64,000 nucleotides of DNA from a virus (IMGVR_UViG_3300028197_001558:1276-65275), one strand, 5' to 3'. Positions 23,128 to 34,089 are shown, counted from the stretch's first letter. The notes: generated from the sequence alone by a model not told the origin. Translations and numbers: made by a program.

Positions 23128-24119
23128 TGACATTTTTTAACAAAAAAACAGAAGTAATGCAAATTGAAATGACTCCTTACGGTCGTTATTTGTATTCAAT
23201 TGGAAAATTCAAGCCACACTCATACGAGTTTGTGGATGAGGATATCCTATATAAAGCCTCCGGCTCAACCGAAGCACAAGAAGCCGCTCACACAAGAATT
23301 ATTAGCGAGACACCAAAGCTTAAAATCAACAGAGCGTTCCAAGATGAGGCTGCACAACAGGAGTCTCCACCAACTTTAGATAAGAAGAGGTTCATGGAAA
23401 AGAAAATGGATCAGAAGCAAAACGGATTGTTTGCTCTTGGGAGATCATCGTATTCAAACGACAGAAGTCCAGCATTTCAAGTAACAATGTTGCAAGGCGC
23501 CATATCTGGCTCTGAAGCTACTTTTGAAACGAACATTGTTGAAGCCACTAGTGAAGACGTAGGCGGTGTTCTAGCCATACCACAGGTCGATATTGACCTT
23601 AATTTTAGAGCAACACTTAAAAATACTTTAAATCAAATCAACTTGAACCCTGAGATAATAACTTCTAGAATTTTTGAAGATGGAACTTATGTGCAAGTTA
23701 ATTACACAGACCCGATTATTCACTTGAAAGAGTTCAACTCATTTTATGAAAAAGAAAACTTTGAAATAGAAGTATTCCAAGTCGGCACACAAGGACGTCT
23801 AGTACCAATGAAGATGGTAAGAAAAACCTCAGCAATTGTCGATGGATTCCTGGTCACAGGGGACGATTTTCAAAACGCTGAGCCATCTTTTGGTGATTTT
23901 TTTGAAGAAGGACAGGGGAATGAATCATACACAGAATTCTTCTTTAGTGTCGAAGTCGACGAAGATATTGCCCCAGAAATTTTGTGTCGAGCAGTGAAGA
24001 ATCTAGAGATCAATAGTCAGTTTCTTGATGAAGAACTTATATGTCCGGACCAAAGAACTGATCGCTTTGATATTTATGCTACAAGGGTTGGCCCTGAAGA
24101 TCTGGAGGATTGCGACTAA
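23127..24119 (+). CDS. Baseplate/tail protein, N-terminus related to 29529 protein
   Basis: MTPYGRYLYSIG..FVDEDILY resembles LTDEGRRRLAQG..LADDEINY; TAATG coupling. Confidence 0.5.
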   Translation: MTFFNKKTEVMQIEMTPYGRYLYSIGKFKPHSYEFVDEDILYKASGSTEAQEAAHTRIISETPKLKINRAFQDEAAQQESPPTLDKKRFMEKKMDQKQNGLFALGRSSYSNDRSPAFQVTMLQGAISGSEATFETNIVEATSEDVGGVLAIPQVDIDLNFRATLKNTLNQINLNPEIITSRIFEDGTYVQVNYTDPIIHLKEFNSFYEKENFEIEVFQVGTQGRLVPMKMVRKTSAIVDGFLVTGDDFQNAEPSFGDFFEEGQGNESYTEFFFSVEVDEDIAPEILCRAVKNLEINSQFLDEELICPDQRTDRFDIYATRVGPEDLEDCD

Positions 24120-24928
24120 TGAATGACATGACCGTAGGAATGGAAAATCTTCCAAATGTATTTATCGATAAGATAATGGTTGAGCGAAACTCAATTGATC
24201 AACAAACAGTTCAATATTACATTAAAGTAATGCTAAAGATGTTTGACAACAAAGATAATCCTTCATGGAGAAATAAGCTTGACGGACTTAAAGTTAAGTG
24301 TTCGTTTATAGATGATGAAAGAATAGAGAGTTTAAACACCGGCGACCTTAGTTTGTACGACATTACCAGAAAAGATTCCAATACCACCATGACTGATTCT
24401 TGTGATGAGTTTCAAAATGGCAATACTCAAAACGGATACGAGTCTTTTACTAAGACTTTTGAGTTCACCACCCTAACACAACCAGAAAACTTGACCGTTT
24501 ATGTTGCATGCTTTATAGATGGTTTAGAGTTTGGAATTCCACAATTTGATAAGTTTTATGGACCAATGGCCGCAGAGCGCATATTTGTTGGTGGAATTCC
24601 AAATCAAGAGTCTGGGTATTTTTACAATCCCGAGACGAACGAAGAGTATGGTGGCCCAGTCCACCAGCACAGCTCGGGATACATGGAAGGCTCGGAGCAT
24701 ATTGATGCAGCACACGCTGGTCTTAGATATGTATCGGAGGAGAATTATAAGATGATCGTCGGCACTTATCTGACCAATCAAGTGTTTGATGGGATCGACA
24801 CGGGAATGATTTTTGATTTTGGGGATGGTACGCCATCACTAGACAACCTAGGTGCCAATGCGGTACTCACCAGTGATGATGAGTCAGTCGAACTTGACGC
24901 AACAGGTATTTCAACGGAGGTTTACTGA
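24110..24928 (+). CDS. Hypothetical structural protein with His-cluster motif; ATG at 24119 is the likely start
   Basis: TAATG overlap at 24117-24121; GPVHQH..YMEGSEH...H motif. Confidence 0.5.
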   Translation: MRLMNDMTVGMENLPNVFIDKIMVERNSIDQQTVQYYIKVMLKMFDNKDNPSWRNKLDGLKVKCSFIDDERIESLNTGDLSLYDITRKDSNTTMTDSCDEFQNGNTQNGYESFTKTFEFTTLTQPENLTVYVACFIDGLEFGIPQFDKFYGPMAAERIFVGGIPNQESGYFYNPETNEEYGGPVHQHSSGYMEGSEHIDAAHAGLRYVSEENYKMIVGTYLTNQVFDGIDTGMIFDFGDGTPSLDNLGANAVLTSDDESVELDATGISTEVY

Positions 24929-27033
24929 TGAACAGGTCACTAGTATTTAATATTGAAACACAAACCGAAGACAGTGAAGTAGTCTCTCTTTGTTTTGTTA
25001 ACGAGAACACCATCGCACTCGATACTTCTCAAATAGCCAGAACTTTGTTTAAAAGAAACAGACCTTTGTTTGACAGAATAAACTCATCCACAAAGATGTT
25101 GGGTGGTACTCTTTATAGACAAGAGATTGTGAAGTCCAAGACAAACACCACAAGATTGTATACACATTTAGATAACAAGTTTGAATCAAATGAAGTAGAA
25201 ATTTCTCAACTATTTTTTGAAGACAATATCTTAAAGAGACAAGTAAGAGCAATTACGGGCCAAGGAAGGAAGGTTGACTACGATCCAACAAAACTAAAAG
25301 ACGGAACTACAAGTGGATTTTTAGATTTTGATAATCTAACAGTAGATGATGTAGACAGTATGACCAAGGTTTGCGAGGTCGAAGAAATGTCTTTGTTTGG
25401 GAACATTGGGGTCAAAACCATTATAGTTACAGACAATCTAAAAGAAAAAAGATCTTTACTAAAAGTCGGATACAGAATTGAATTCAATGTGGATACAGAT
25501 TTTAAAGAATACATAGACTTGGTTATGAGTCGATTAGACAAATCAATAACTTTTATGACGGCGTACCTCAGACAGATTCAAACTACAAGCTTTTACGATT
25601 CTGAAACATTGACATTCAAGAAAACTTTTGCGGACTCGATAATGAATGGTTTGGGCCTCGCTTCTTCGTTAATATCTTCTGACTTAGGAGATCCACAAGT
25701 TAAGAATTCAGAATTTGGCCAAGCTGCACTAAACTACTATAATGGACTTCTTTTGCTGTCTACAAATGTCGACAAAGAAGTGTATGGGACGTTCTTAAAA
25801 TCAGTTTTGCCAACTTCCGGAACAAGCCCGTCAATAATATCAGAGACACTAAGATCTCTTTCCCTAGTGTATTCTAGAATAAAAAAAGCATATTTCTATG
25901 GGAATAGTAGCTCGAACAGAGATAGAAAGTTTTCAAAAGTAGGAAGCATCAAGGCCACTGAAAACAAGCTGGAAGCTTTTTCAACAGAGAGCTTTCTCTT
26001 AGATAAAGAAATATTGGGTTATTCCCTATTCTCTAGTGTGCAAAAGGGACTGAACAAGTTCTCCGCGACAGATTATAAAACCAGACTAGTTTTAGAACAA
26101 GCAAAGTATTATCCTAGGATTGAACCAGACGACGACACCGGCTTTATGACTCCCTCTGAGAAATCACAATTTTCTAGAATCGATAATGCACCAGCATTTG
26201 TAACACCAGTAGTAATGATGCTTGGAGATAGAACAGTTTCTACCAACAGAGGTATGAGGAACATGGACGTAGATTTTGTCAGACAGTTTAGATTAGCAAA
26301 ATCCTCTAGAGCACAAAGATCTGACACAGATAGCTATCCCCGGGGAACATCGAGAGCAAGAATTTCCAATAACATAATGTCCGAATTTAATATACAGATC
26401 GGCGCGCCAAAAAAAGCCTTATTAGGTAGGGCATTAGAGCAAGAGATCGACCCATTGGTTGACGTCGAGCAGTACATAGGAGATGACTCCATCTTTTCAA
26501 CTAGCAACCCTATATCTTTAATTAAAAGCTTCAGAAGGATTCTTTCGCGCGAAGACAAAAGGGTTCTTTCGATTGTTTCAGACATTGTACCTAGAAGATT
26601 TCTACGACAACGACATGCTACTAGATCAATTAAGCAGTTGCAATTATCAAATCCCAGTTCTTTGATTAGGAAAACAGTTACATCCCAAGCTATTGATTTG
26701 GCATCTATACCACCACAGGTAAAGTTTATGATGACTAAAGCGTTCAATCCAAATCCTGAATCAGATCCTATCCAAAACAGCGAGTCATCTCAAATAATTG
26801 AAGAAACTCAAAAAAACCTGTTTCTCGTTAGAGCACTAATAGGCTTCGGCCGCAACGGACAAGGATTCATTGATGTTAGACAGCCGATTTACGAAAATCT
26901 GTCTATGGATATGTTGGGTACCAATGGCTCAGTATTAGCCAAAGCTTTTGACTATGAGGTCCCAGAACTTGGAATTGTAAAAGATAAATTTGCAGCAACT
27001 ATTTATAGTAATCTTATTTATATCAGGGGATAA
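24928..27033 (+). CDS. Hypothetical protein (701 aa), tail/baseplate operon
   Basis: Long ORF, TGATG coupling. Confidence 0.55.
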   Translation: MNRSLVFNIETQTEDSEVVSLCFVNENTIALDTSQIARTLFKRNRPLFDRINSSTKMLGGTLYRQEIVKSKTNTTRLYTHLDNKFESNEVEISQLFFEDNILKRQVRAITGQGRKVDYDPTKLKDGTTSGFLDFDNLTVDDVDSMTKVCEVEEMSLFGNIGVKTIIVTDNLKEKRSLLKVGYRIEFNVDTDFKEYIDLVMSRLDKSITFMTAYLRQIQTTSFYDSETLTFKKTFADSIMNGLGLASSLISSDLGDPQVKNSEFGQAALNYYNGLLLLSTNVDKEVYGTFLKSVLPTSGTSPSIISETLRSLSLVYSRIKKAYFYGNSSSNRDRKFSKVGSIKATENKLEAFSTESFLLDKEILGYSLFSSVQKGLNKFSATDYKTRLVLEQAKYYPRIEPDDDTGFMTPSEKSQFSRIDNAPAFVTPVVMMLGDRTVSTNRGMRNMDVDFVRQFRLAKSSRAQRSDTDSYPRGTSRARISNNIMSEFNIQIGAPKKALLGRALEQEIDPLVDVEQYIGDDSIFSTSNPISLIKSFRRILSREDKRVLSIVSDIVPRRFLRQRHATRSIKQLQLSNPSSLIRKTVTSQAIDLASIPPQVKFMMTKAFNPNPESDPIQNSESSQIIEETQKNLFLVRALIGFGRNGQGFIDVRQPIYENLSMDMLGTNGSVLAKAFDYEVPELGIVKDKFAATIYSNLIYIRG

Positions 27034-27035
27034 TA

Positions 27036-27242
27036 ATGAATTATTTTGACACAGAGGTTGGAAGCCAGACAATTGACGTCTCCGCATCCACTCGAAAATT
27101 TCAAACATCAATCATTGTAAAACAGGATGAGGGTAAAAGCGGCATACTTTCTTTTCTTCAAAAAGTTGAAGAAGCAACACCGCAAGTCCCAACTCGAACT
27201 GCACCTCAAACTATGAGACCTAGTACACAAGGTAATTATTAA
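27036..27242 (+). CDS. Small hypothetical protein
   Basis: Fills the gap exactly; TAATG coupling to next gene; GGGG upstream. Confidence 0.5.
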   Translation: MNYFDTEVGSQTIDVSASTRKFQTSIIVKQDEGKSGILSFLQKVEEATPQVPTRTAPQTMRPSTQGNY

Positions 27243-29473
27243 TGGCAACAGTTGTAGATTCACAGAACGTAGTCAATTCTCTAGAGCAAGCCCCGGACGG
27301 CTTACGCGGAGAAATAGGAAGCTACTATTCTCCCACAGTCCCTGCTTTGTCTAATTTTACAAACTTTAACACGAACATCAATAAGAGTTTCATTGAGGAT
27401 CTAGACTCAATCAATCAGGTACTAATACCTACCAAGAAATCTAGAGTGTTATTCACAGGTCATGAAGGTGCCTTTAGAGACCAGACACAATGGAATACTT
27501 ATGTAAGCCAGATTGTGTCGGAAGGTGGGCAAAATTTGGATCATCAATTTAATTTAGACACTCCAACTATTGAAAACTCATTTCAGAAAAACTATCACAA
27601 TCCATCTTACGAAGACGCAACAAAAGCAGCCGACTCAAATACCTTACTAAACTACAACTTAATCTCTTACCCCTATAAAGACCAGTCCGATACTGTAGCT
27701 AAGATAGGCGACATTAAGACAACATTTGATGAAGCTTCTGGATTTATAATAAACAACGAAAACACTCTCAAGACAGCAATGTCTCAGTTTCGCAATAGAT
27801 TGGCTAACTTCTCTGGTAGTGTAAATGAGATATCAACAAAGCAACGCAACATTTTTGACTTACAAAAAACTCAGATAGTAAGCAATGGAATATCCCCAGG
27901 CGGCACAGTCTTAATTGATACTACTCCAACAATATCTCCAAGTAGGTTTCCGTATTATTACGAAAAAACTCTACCAAGAATTGGAACAAACCTAAACTCT
28001 CAAGAGTTCAAAGACATAATGGATGAGCACGGAAAGACAAAAAATATATTCCAATCAATTAAAAGGAACTTATCTTTTCTAAATAGAAACTTCAATATCG
28101 GCCCAAATCAAATCGGCGCAAAGCTTTATGACTTGATATCGATTATTACATCAACTTCGATAGTATCAATAACAGATGCTTCTGACGAATTGTTTCTAGT
28201 CCAAGAAGACGAAGTGAATTTTGGTAAAAGATCCGAGAGATTCACGGAGTCAATTGGAGCTGTTAGATTTTTATCACGCATGCGAACATTCATAAATGAT
28301 CATGCTAGAAGTTTAGAAGATATATATAACTCTATTAGTTGTGAGACATTCTTTTTGGGCTATAAGATTGAAAAGTATTTGGACAATGATGCCACACAAC
28401 CCATACAGACCTATTACACAAATGACGCAAACTTTTTTGACACTCAATTAAAATACGGTAGAAAATACATCTACAAAACAAAAGTGCTTTTAGGTATTTT
28501 AGGAAGCTCATACTCTTACTCGAATTTATTTGTTTCTCAGAACGAAACCCAAATGATGAATAACCAAGGAGAGTTTCCCACCTCGAACCCTTCTAATCTC
28601 ACTCAAATATCTTCTGAAAAATACCGAGCATATGTGGACGTGGAAATTTCGCCATCATTCAAGATTCTAGAATATGAAATAGATGTAGATGAGGTAGCCT
28701 TTGTCGATGCACCCACATTACCACCGCAGGTTGACATGTTCAATCAAAAGAATAAGCCAACAATTGGTATGAGGTTTAGCCCCATCTTTGCAAAGGTTGA
28801 AAGCGTGTCTGCTGGAACGAACAAGGAACTAATGAGAGCGTTAGAACCACTAACAGAAGCAGATAGAAGGATCTCAAATCTATTGGAGATATCAAAGAAC
28901 AGTGGAGTCTCACCAGATTACTTTACAGGAATCTACGAAATCTATAGAATGAGAAAGGCCCCACAAAAGGAGTCAGATTTTATGGATAGTTATCTAACAA
29001 CAGTTGATGATACATCCGGACTTTCCTTTCTTACCACAAACCTGCCCGATGAAACAATAGACAATATGGATGGATTTTTTGAAGACTATCCGATTGTCAA
29101 TGAAAAGTATTACTACGCGTTTAGATCTCTGACTTACCATGGCACACCATCAAACTTGACCGTACCCTTTGAAGTAGAACTAATGAGAGACTCTGATGAA
29201 TACAAAGTGAATATATCTCAATATCACTATCCAAATGACAAGGCTTACGACATGAGTAAGGTGTCGAAAAGAATTCTAAAGATCACTACGAATATCGAGA
29301 GACTTCTATTTAGCGATGAAGAAAGCAAATCAAACTGGAAGCTCAATGATGGCTCTTTGGTGGATTTTGGAACTACAAAAACCTTTAAGATTAGAGTTAC
29401 CTCTAAACATACCGGTAAGAAGATTGACTTGAACATAAGCTTTAAATTATCGAAAGACGATAGTTTTAGCTAG
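27242..29473 (+). CDS. Hypothetical structural protein (743 aa), possibly with Ig/FN3-like beta domains
   Basis: FFDTQLKYGRKYIYK and NEKYYYAFRS motifs typical of beta-sandwich ends. Confidence 0.5.
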   Translation: MATVVDSQNVVNSLEQAPDGLRGEIGSYYSPTVPALSNFTNFNTNINKSFIEDLDSINQVLIPTKKSRVLFTGHEGAFRDQTQWNTYVSQIVSEGGQNLDHQFNLDTPTIENSFQKNYHNPSYEDATKAADSNTLLNYNLISYPYKDQSDTVAKIGDIKTTFDEASGFIINNENTLKTAMSQFRNRLANFSGSVNEISTKQRNIFDLQKTQIVSNGISPGGTVLIDTTPTISPSRFPYYYEKTLPRIGTNLNSQEFKDIMDEHGKTKNIFQSIKRNLSFLNRNFNIGPNQIGAKLYDLISIITSTSIVSITDASDELFLVQEDEVNFGKRSERFTESIGAVRFLSRMRTFINDHARSLEDIYNSISCETFFLGYKIEKYLDNDATQPIQTYYTNDANFFDTQLKYGRKYIYKTKVLLGILGSSYSYSNLFVSQNETQMMNNQGEFPTSNPSNLTQISSEKYRAYVDVEISPSFKILEYEIDVDEVAFVDAPTLPPQVDMFNQKNKPTIGMRFSPIFAKVESVSAGTNKELMRALEPLTEADRRISNLLEISKNSGVSPDYFTGIYEIYRMRKAPQKESDFMDSYLTTVDDTSGLSFLTTNLPDETIDNMDGFFEDYPIVNEKYYYAFRSLTYHGTPSNLTVPFEVELMRDSDEYKVNISQYHYPNDKAYDMSKVSKRILKITTNIERLLFSDEESKSNWKLNDGSLVDFGTTKTFKIRVTSKHTGKKIDLNISFKLSKDDSFS

Positions 29474-29528
29474 AATTAGAAATAAAATTAACAATAATCT
29501 ATTTATTGAAGAATAGGAGAAAGAAAAC

Positions 29529-30461
29529 ATGGCTTTTCAAAATAATAGCGGTGATGTCATCTTAGATGTCGTGCTCACTGATGAAGGAAGAAGAAGATTG
29601 GCTCAAGGTAACAGCGGCTTTTCAATCGTTAAGTTTGCTTTAGCAGATGACGAAATTAACTATGGACTGTTTGATCTTACATCAACAACAGCTTTGCAAG
29701 ATTTGAGTATTTTACAGACGCCGGTTTTAGAAGCGTTCACAAATAACGGTTCTTCTATGAAGTCTAAGCTTTTGTCCCTAACAAATCAGAACCTTCTATA
29801 TTTACCCGTTCTAGAACTTAATACAGTCCCTGGTCAAGCTAGGCAGACTGCAGATAGTAATTATGTAGTGTGTGTCGATAAGAGAACGTTTGATGATAGC
29901 GACTTGGGAACAACAAACGCAATTGGTTATAGTACTGCTGGAGTCCGAGATGGGTTCTTGTATGGATTAGACACGGACAATTTGGGTGGCTACATTCGAA
30001 TTGATGCCGGTATTGATTCTACCGATGTTACTGAGATTGATGAGTCATTAATTGAAACACAGTTCATGGTTGAAATTGACGATCGTTTAGGTCAAATCAT
30101 TTCGAAAGATGGAAAAAGCTTTCCCGGATTTGTATCTCGTGATGATGACTTTATTGCAACATACGTTTTCACAAAACAACCAGGCGATGCTTTTGTTCGA
30201 ACTCCAAGTCAAGAAAATCCAAATGACGCCTCAACTCCAATTGATGGACCAATCGCATCTAGTTTTGAATTCAAGATTCGTTCCTCGCAAGACTTGAGAG
30301 TATCAAACTTTTTGTTCACCCGAATCGGTGGAACCACTAATTACGATAACTCCAGCGGATCTGGTACTTCATCAACTAAATTTATCGACTCTATTGTTAG
30401 AGTCACCGGTATGACAACGGGATATGCAGTAGACATCCCTGTAAGATTTGCAAAAATATAA
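29529..30461 (+). CDS. Tail/baseplate protein with tail-collar-fibre-like N-terminal motif
   Basis: VLTDEGRRRLA...IVKFALAD resembles the start of the P2 gpH/DUF3751 domain; AGGAG RBS; late motif upstream. Confidence 0.55.
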   Translation: MAFQNNSGDVILDVVLTDEGRRRLAQGNSGFSIVKFALADDEINYGLFDLTSTTALQDLSILQTPVLEAFTNNGSSMKSKLLSLTNQNLLYLPVLELNTVPGQARQTADSNYVVCVDKRTFDDSDLGTTNAIGYSTAGVRDGFLYGLDTDNLGGYIRIDAGIDSTDVTEIDESLIETQFMVEIDDRLGQIISKDGKSFPGFVSRDDDFIATYVFTKQPGDAFVRTPSQENPNDASTPIDGPIASSFEFKIRSSQDLRVSNFLFTRIGGTTNYDNSSGSGTSSTKFIDSIVRVTGMTTGYAVDIPVRFAKI

Positions 30462-30471
30462 GGAATAAAGC

Positions 30472-31578
30472 ATGACCATTTTTAAACCATTATCAGCTGA
30501 CGACAGAGTTTCAACTAAAACACTATTGCATGAAGCAATTCCTATTACGGGGACAATTGTAAGTGGGAATTACGCAGATGAAAATATACAGAATTTTACA
30601 CACGGCATGTTTCAATCTGTATACGATTATCCCTATCTTAGCTCGTCTGCTAATCATATTTTCGATATCACTTTTGGAACCTCTGCAACTTCTGGCTTGG
30701 CAGTAACCAATCAGATCGCCAAAAAAGACAACGTCTATAACCAAATGGCACAAGTCCTTATGGGCTATGACCAAAATGGATCAATTCAAAAGTTCGACGA
30801 AGACGGCGACTTAACAACTGCCGGCGATAAACTTAATGATGTATCCTTTCTGTCTTTCTCGAGACTTCTTTCAAAGGATGAAATTAAGAAAGGATCTTTC
30901 GAATTAGAGCTTGGAGTCAGTGCTTCATATTCCGATAATACATTTGGAAATAGAATTAAAATTACAGACTTTGGTGCGGCCACTTCTTACAAGGTAAATT
31001 CTCCAGCTGGTGAGTATGGTATTCTTTATGCTACAGCTTCAGCAGGAACGAATGTACTGGACACAACCAGTACGCATACCTCTTCATTAGGCGCTTCACC
31101 AACTACATATTGGAAAGCTGGACTTATCTACTATCAAGCAGGTGTTATAGTCTTAACAAGTTCATTCTTCATGAAGACTGCAGATGGCGGGTACTTGTCA
31201 GAAGCAACTGTTTTGGACTATGATGGTGCTGGAACTTCATTCACTGGCTCACTTATCTCTCAAGAGATATCTGGTGCAGCTGATCACCTGAGACATAGAA
31301 TTTACAACCTCCAATTCAACAACACAATTGAGTTAAACTCTACTGTATACTTCTGCCGTGCAAAGCACAACGAATTTAACTACAGCGCCAATCCAACTTA
31401 TTTATCCGGGTCTCAGATCAGAGTTAAGAATCAAGGAACTGATACTCCTATTTCTTACATCACCTCAATTGGTCTCTACTCTGCTGACAATCAGCTTCTT
31501 GCTGTTGGTAAATTTTCTGAACCAATCAGGAAAGATAGTAATATCGAATTAACTTTCCGAGCAAGATTGGACTACTAG
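30472..31578 (+). CDS. Tail/baseplate protein with tail-collar-like C-terminal motif
   Basis: YITSIGLYSADNQLLAVGKFSEPIRK...RLDY C-terminus; paralogous to 31585 gene. Confidence 0.55.
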   Translation: MTIFKPLSADDRVSTKTLLHEAIPITGTIVSGNYADENIQNFTHGMFQSVYDYPYLSSSANHIFDITFGTSATSGLAVTNQIAKKDNVYNQMAQVLMGYDQNGSIQKFDEDGDLTTAGDKLNDVSFLSFSRLLSKDEIKKGSFELELGVSASYSDNTFGNRIKITDFGAATSYKVNSPAGEYGILYATASAGTNVLDTTSTHTSSLGASPTTYWKAGLIYYQAGVIVLTSSFFMKTADGGYLSEATVLDYDGAGTSFTGSLISQEISGAADHLRHRIYNLQFNNTIELNSTVYFCRAKHNEFNYSANPTYLSGSQIRVKNQGTDTPISYITSIGLYSADNQLLAVGKFSEPIRKDSNIELTFRARLDY

Positions 31579-31584
31579 GATGCT

Positions 31585-32877
31585 ATGCACAAATTTGAGT
31601 TTACACCTGACGACCTTTTTATAAACAGATTAAAGACGTATGCTGAATATAATGTCTTTATCTATCAATCAAAGATGTCTATCAATAGAGGTGTACAGCC
31701 CAATGGCTCTGGTGGTCTTGTAGTCTATGATGTAAACGCAAATCGATCTGCAACAGACAAGGTATATCCTTTTGTTGAAACGGGATCTCTAAAAAACGTT
31801 TTTAAAAAATATAAATATCAACCAATTGTGAAGAATTATAGTAATGAATACTTTAATATTCACAAGTATTGGCTAGAATCTAGTGGTGGATTAGCAGAAA
31901 ATGCCTCAGCCGTATCTAACAATGGTATTGTGACTTCTTCATATTCTAGCGAAAGTCCGATAAAAAGAAACTTGACATCTAGAGTTTCGACTATATCAGC
32001 CAACTATTGGAATATGACAAGCTCCGCTCTAATAACTGGACAAGTTATAACTTTGCCAAACTCGACAAATCTAAGCGCCTCTGCGCTTCAAAACGTTGCG
32101 AGAAAATACACAACTCTGTCTGATCACTTCATATTTAATTCAACACCAGCAAGATTACGTGATCTCGTAACTGGATCTGCTGGAGACTACATAAACTTTA
32201 TTACAATTCCAAGCATGTACTATGGATCAACCATCAAGAAAGGTTCGGTAGAACTTAATTATTATATAACAGGATCTAAAATTGCTACATGTGCGGACAC
32301 AAACCACAACGGAACTTTGATTGGAACAACAGGTTCTACTTCAGGTTCCGTTGTTGGCCTTGTGCTTTATGATGAAGGCATTATAATGTTGACCTCATCT
32401 ACAAAGATTGAAGAGGGAAATCATGCAATACAGTATGATGGCTCATCAACGACAATTAGTGGCTCATGGCTTTACTATGGAACGACATTGAATGATGGAA
32501 CTGGTTCCTCAAATACATTGGCCTCAGCTTCTTACGATCTAAATTTCAAGGGAACGAACTATGTCAACTCTTTGACTATGTTTGCTCATGCTAAAAAAGG
32601 CCACCTTAACCACTCAAACAATCCAACATACAGAGACTTAAGTATCGACAAAATTAATACAACAGGCTCGGACCTGACATTTGTTGAAGGTACAACAGCA
32701 CTAGCTAATGTTGTATCCGCTTCTTATGTATCGGCATCATTTGAGAAAACAACTTACATCTCTAAAGTAAACATATATGACGAAGACGGAAACCTAATAG
32801 CCATTACATCAATGGCAAAGCCTATAAAGAAGACTCTGACGGACGAATTTACATTTAAAATGAAATTAGACTTGTAA
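31585..32877 (+). CDS. Tail/baseplate protein, paralog of 30472 gene
   Basis: Shares IKKGS.EL, G...Y..G.I.LTS, N.S.NPTY and YISKVNIYDEDGNLIAITSMAKPIKK...LDL with the 30472 protein. Confidence 0.55.
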   Translation: MHKFEFTPDDLFINRLKTYAEYNVFIYQSKMSINRGVQPNGSGGLVVYDVNANRSATDKVYPFVETGSLKNVFKKYKYQPIVKNYSNEYFNIHKYWLESSGGLAENASAVSNNGIVTSSYSSESPIKRNLTSRVSTISANYWNMTSSALITGQVITLPNSTNLSASALQNVARKYTTLSDHFIFNSTPARLRDLVTGSAGDYINFITIPSMYYGSTIKKGSVELNYYITGSKIATCADTNHNGTLIGTTGSTSGSVVGLVLYDEGIIMLTSSTKIEEGNHAIQYDGSSTTISGSWLYYGTTLNDGTGSSNTLASASYDLNFKGTNYVNSLTMFAHAKKGHLNHSNNPTYRDLSIDKINTTGSDLTFVEGTTALANVVSASYVSASFEKTTYISKVNIYDEDGNLIAITSMAKPIKKTLTDEFTFKMKLDL

Positions 32878-32900
32878 AACCCTCACGTATGTGCTATAAT
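32872..32900 (+). promoter_or_regulatory. sigma70-type promoter for RuvC-like gene
   Basis: TTGTAA-17 nt-TATAAT with TG extended -10. Confidence 0.65.
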
Positions 32901-32917
32901 ATATAAAAGGAGTATTC

Positions 32918-33433
32918 ATGATTTTAGGCTTAGACGTCTCGACCTCAAGAACCGGTTGGGCAATTATCACAGACGAAGGTGAGTATGTTGATTCAGACTT
33001 CTTCAAGATGAAACCAAAGACGCCATTGGAAGAACGAGCAACTCTATTAGAGGAGCAGGTCCTCGAGCCTCTCTTCGCAAAGTACATAATCAACGAAGTC
33101 AGAATTGAAGAACCATTCTCTATGTTTTCAGGTGGAAAGACCACAGCAAAGACTATGAGCTCCCTACAGCGGTTTAACGGCATGGTAAGTCTCTTGGCCT
33201 ATCAACACCTAGGCAAACCTCCAACGATGGTTGGAGCCACAACAGCGCGCTCCAGATGCGGCATTAAGGTCCCAAGAGGAACAAAGGCAAAGGTTGTTGT
33301 CCTCCAATGGGTCGATGAGAATATTGACCAGTTTGAGATGGTTTACACAAAACACGGAAACCCAAAGCCGGGACTTGATGACGAAGCAGATGCAATCGTT
33401 GTTGCGAAGTCTCATTTTGATCTTCGAGACTAA
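32918..33433 (+). CDS. ruvC: RuvC-like Holliday junction resolvase
   Basis: ILGLDVSTSRTGWA (catalytic D), VRIEE and DDEADAIVVA motifs; AGGAG RBS. Confidence 0.85.
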   Translation: MILGLDVSTSRTGWAIITDEGEYVDSDFFKMKPKTPLEERATLLEEQVLEPLFAKYIINEVRIEEPFSMFSGGKTTAKTMSSLQRFNGMVSLLAYQHLGKPPTMVGATTARSRCGIKVPRGTKAKVVVLQWVDENIDQFEMVYTKHGNPKPGLDDEADAIVVAKSHFDLRD

Positions 33434-33441
33434 TTAAGAAC

Positions 33442-34077
33442 ATGAAACTTACCGAAGCAAAATTAAAGAAACTCATTAACGAAGTATTGGAAGAGGGCAT
33501 GAATACCGCCTCAATGCTCCCAGATGATGTTTATGTTTTAATCATGAGGAGATCGACCGGTCTCTACGTTGTTGCCTTCGCTAACGAAGAAGGAGAGGTT
33601 ATTATGCCTTGGACCATGGAAGGGGCGGAGAATGATGTCTATGGAGACGTAAACTTCTATACCAAGAGTTACGATGGCGAACCATGTGGTGGAGGTTCTA
33701 TTATCGCTGTCACACAAGCTGCCGAGGGCTGGGGCCCTCTATTGTATGATATAGCAATGGAAGCAGCTACGATTATGACTAAGGGATTGGCTCCCGACAG
33801 AAACATTGTCTCAGACGAAGCATCCGAGGTATGGGACTATTATGATCAAAACCGCACAGATGTAAAAAAGAAACAACTTGACGATGAATACGGATCCTTA
33901 ACCCCAGATGAACCAGAAGATGATTGTGGACAAGAATCCGCTCGCGATCGTTCATATAAAATGGAAGATTGGAACAAGTCTTCTTTATCAAGAATGTATA
34001 GCAAAGATCCGACAACCTTGAATCAGCTTCGTAATGCCGGAAAACTAATATTAAAACGAGTAACTTTAAATTTTTAA
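33442..34077 (+). CDS. Class-A leader cassette protein (MKLTEAKLKKLINEVLEE) with GNAT-like body
   Basis: Leader repeat; GWGPLLYDIAME..GLAPDR..W..TPDEPEDDC shared with the 49683/50439 proteins. Confidence 0.6.
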   Translation: MKLTEAKLKKLINEVLEEGMNTASMLPDDVYVLIMRRSTGLYVVAFANEEGEVIMPWTMEGAENDVYGDVNFYTKSYDGEPCGGGSIIAVTQAAEGWGPLLYDIAMEAATIMTKGLAPDRNIVSDEASEVWDYYDQNRTDVKKKQLDDEYGSLTPDEPEDDCGQESARDRSYKMEDWNKSSLSRMYSKDPTTLNQLRNAGKLILKRVTLNF

Positions 34078-34089
34078 CGGAGAACCCAA

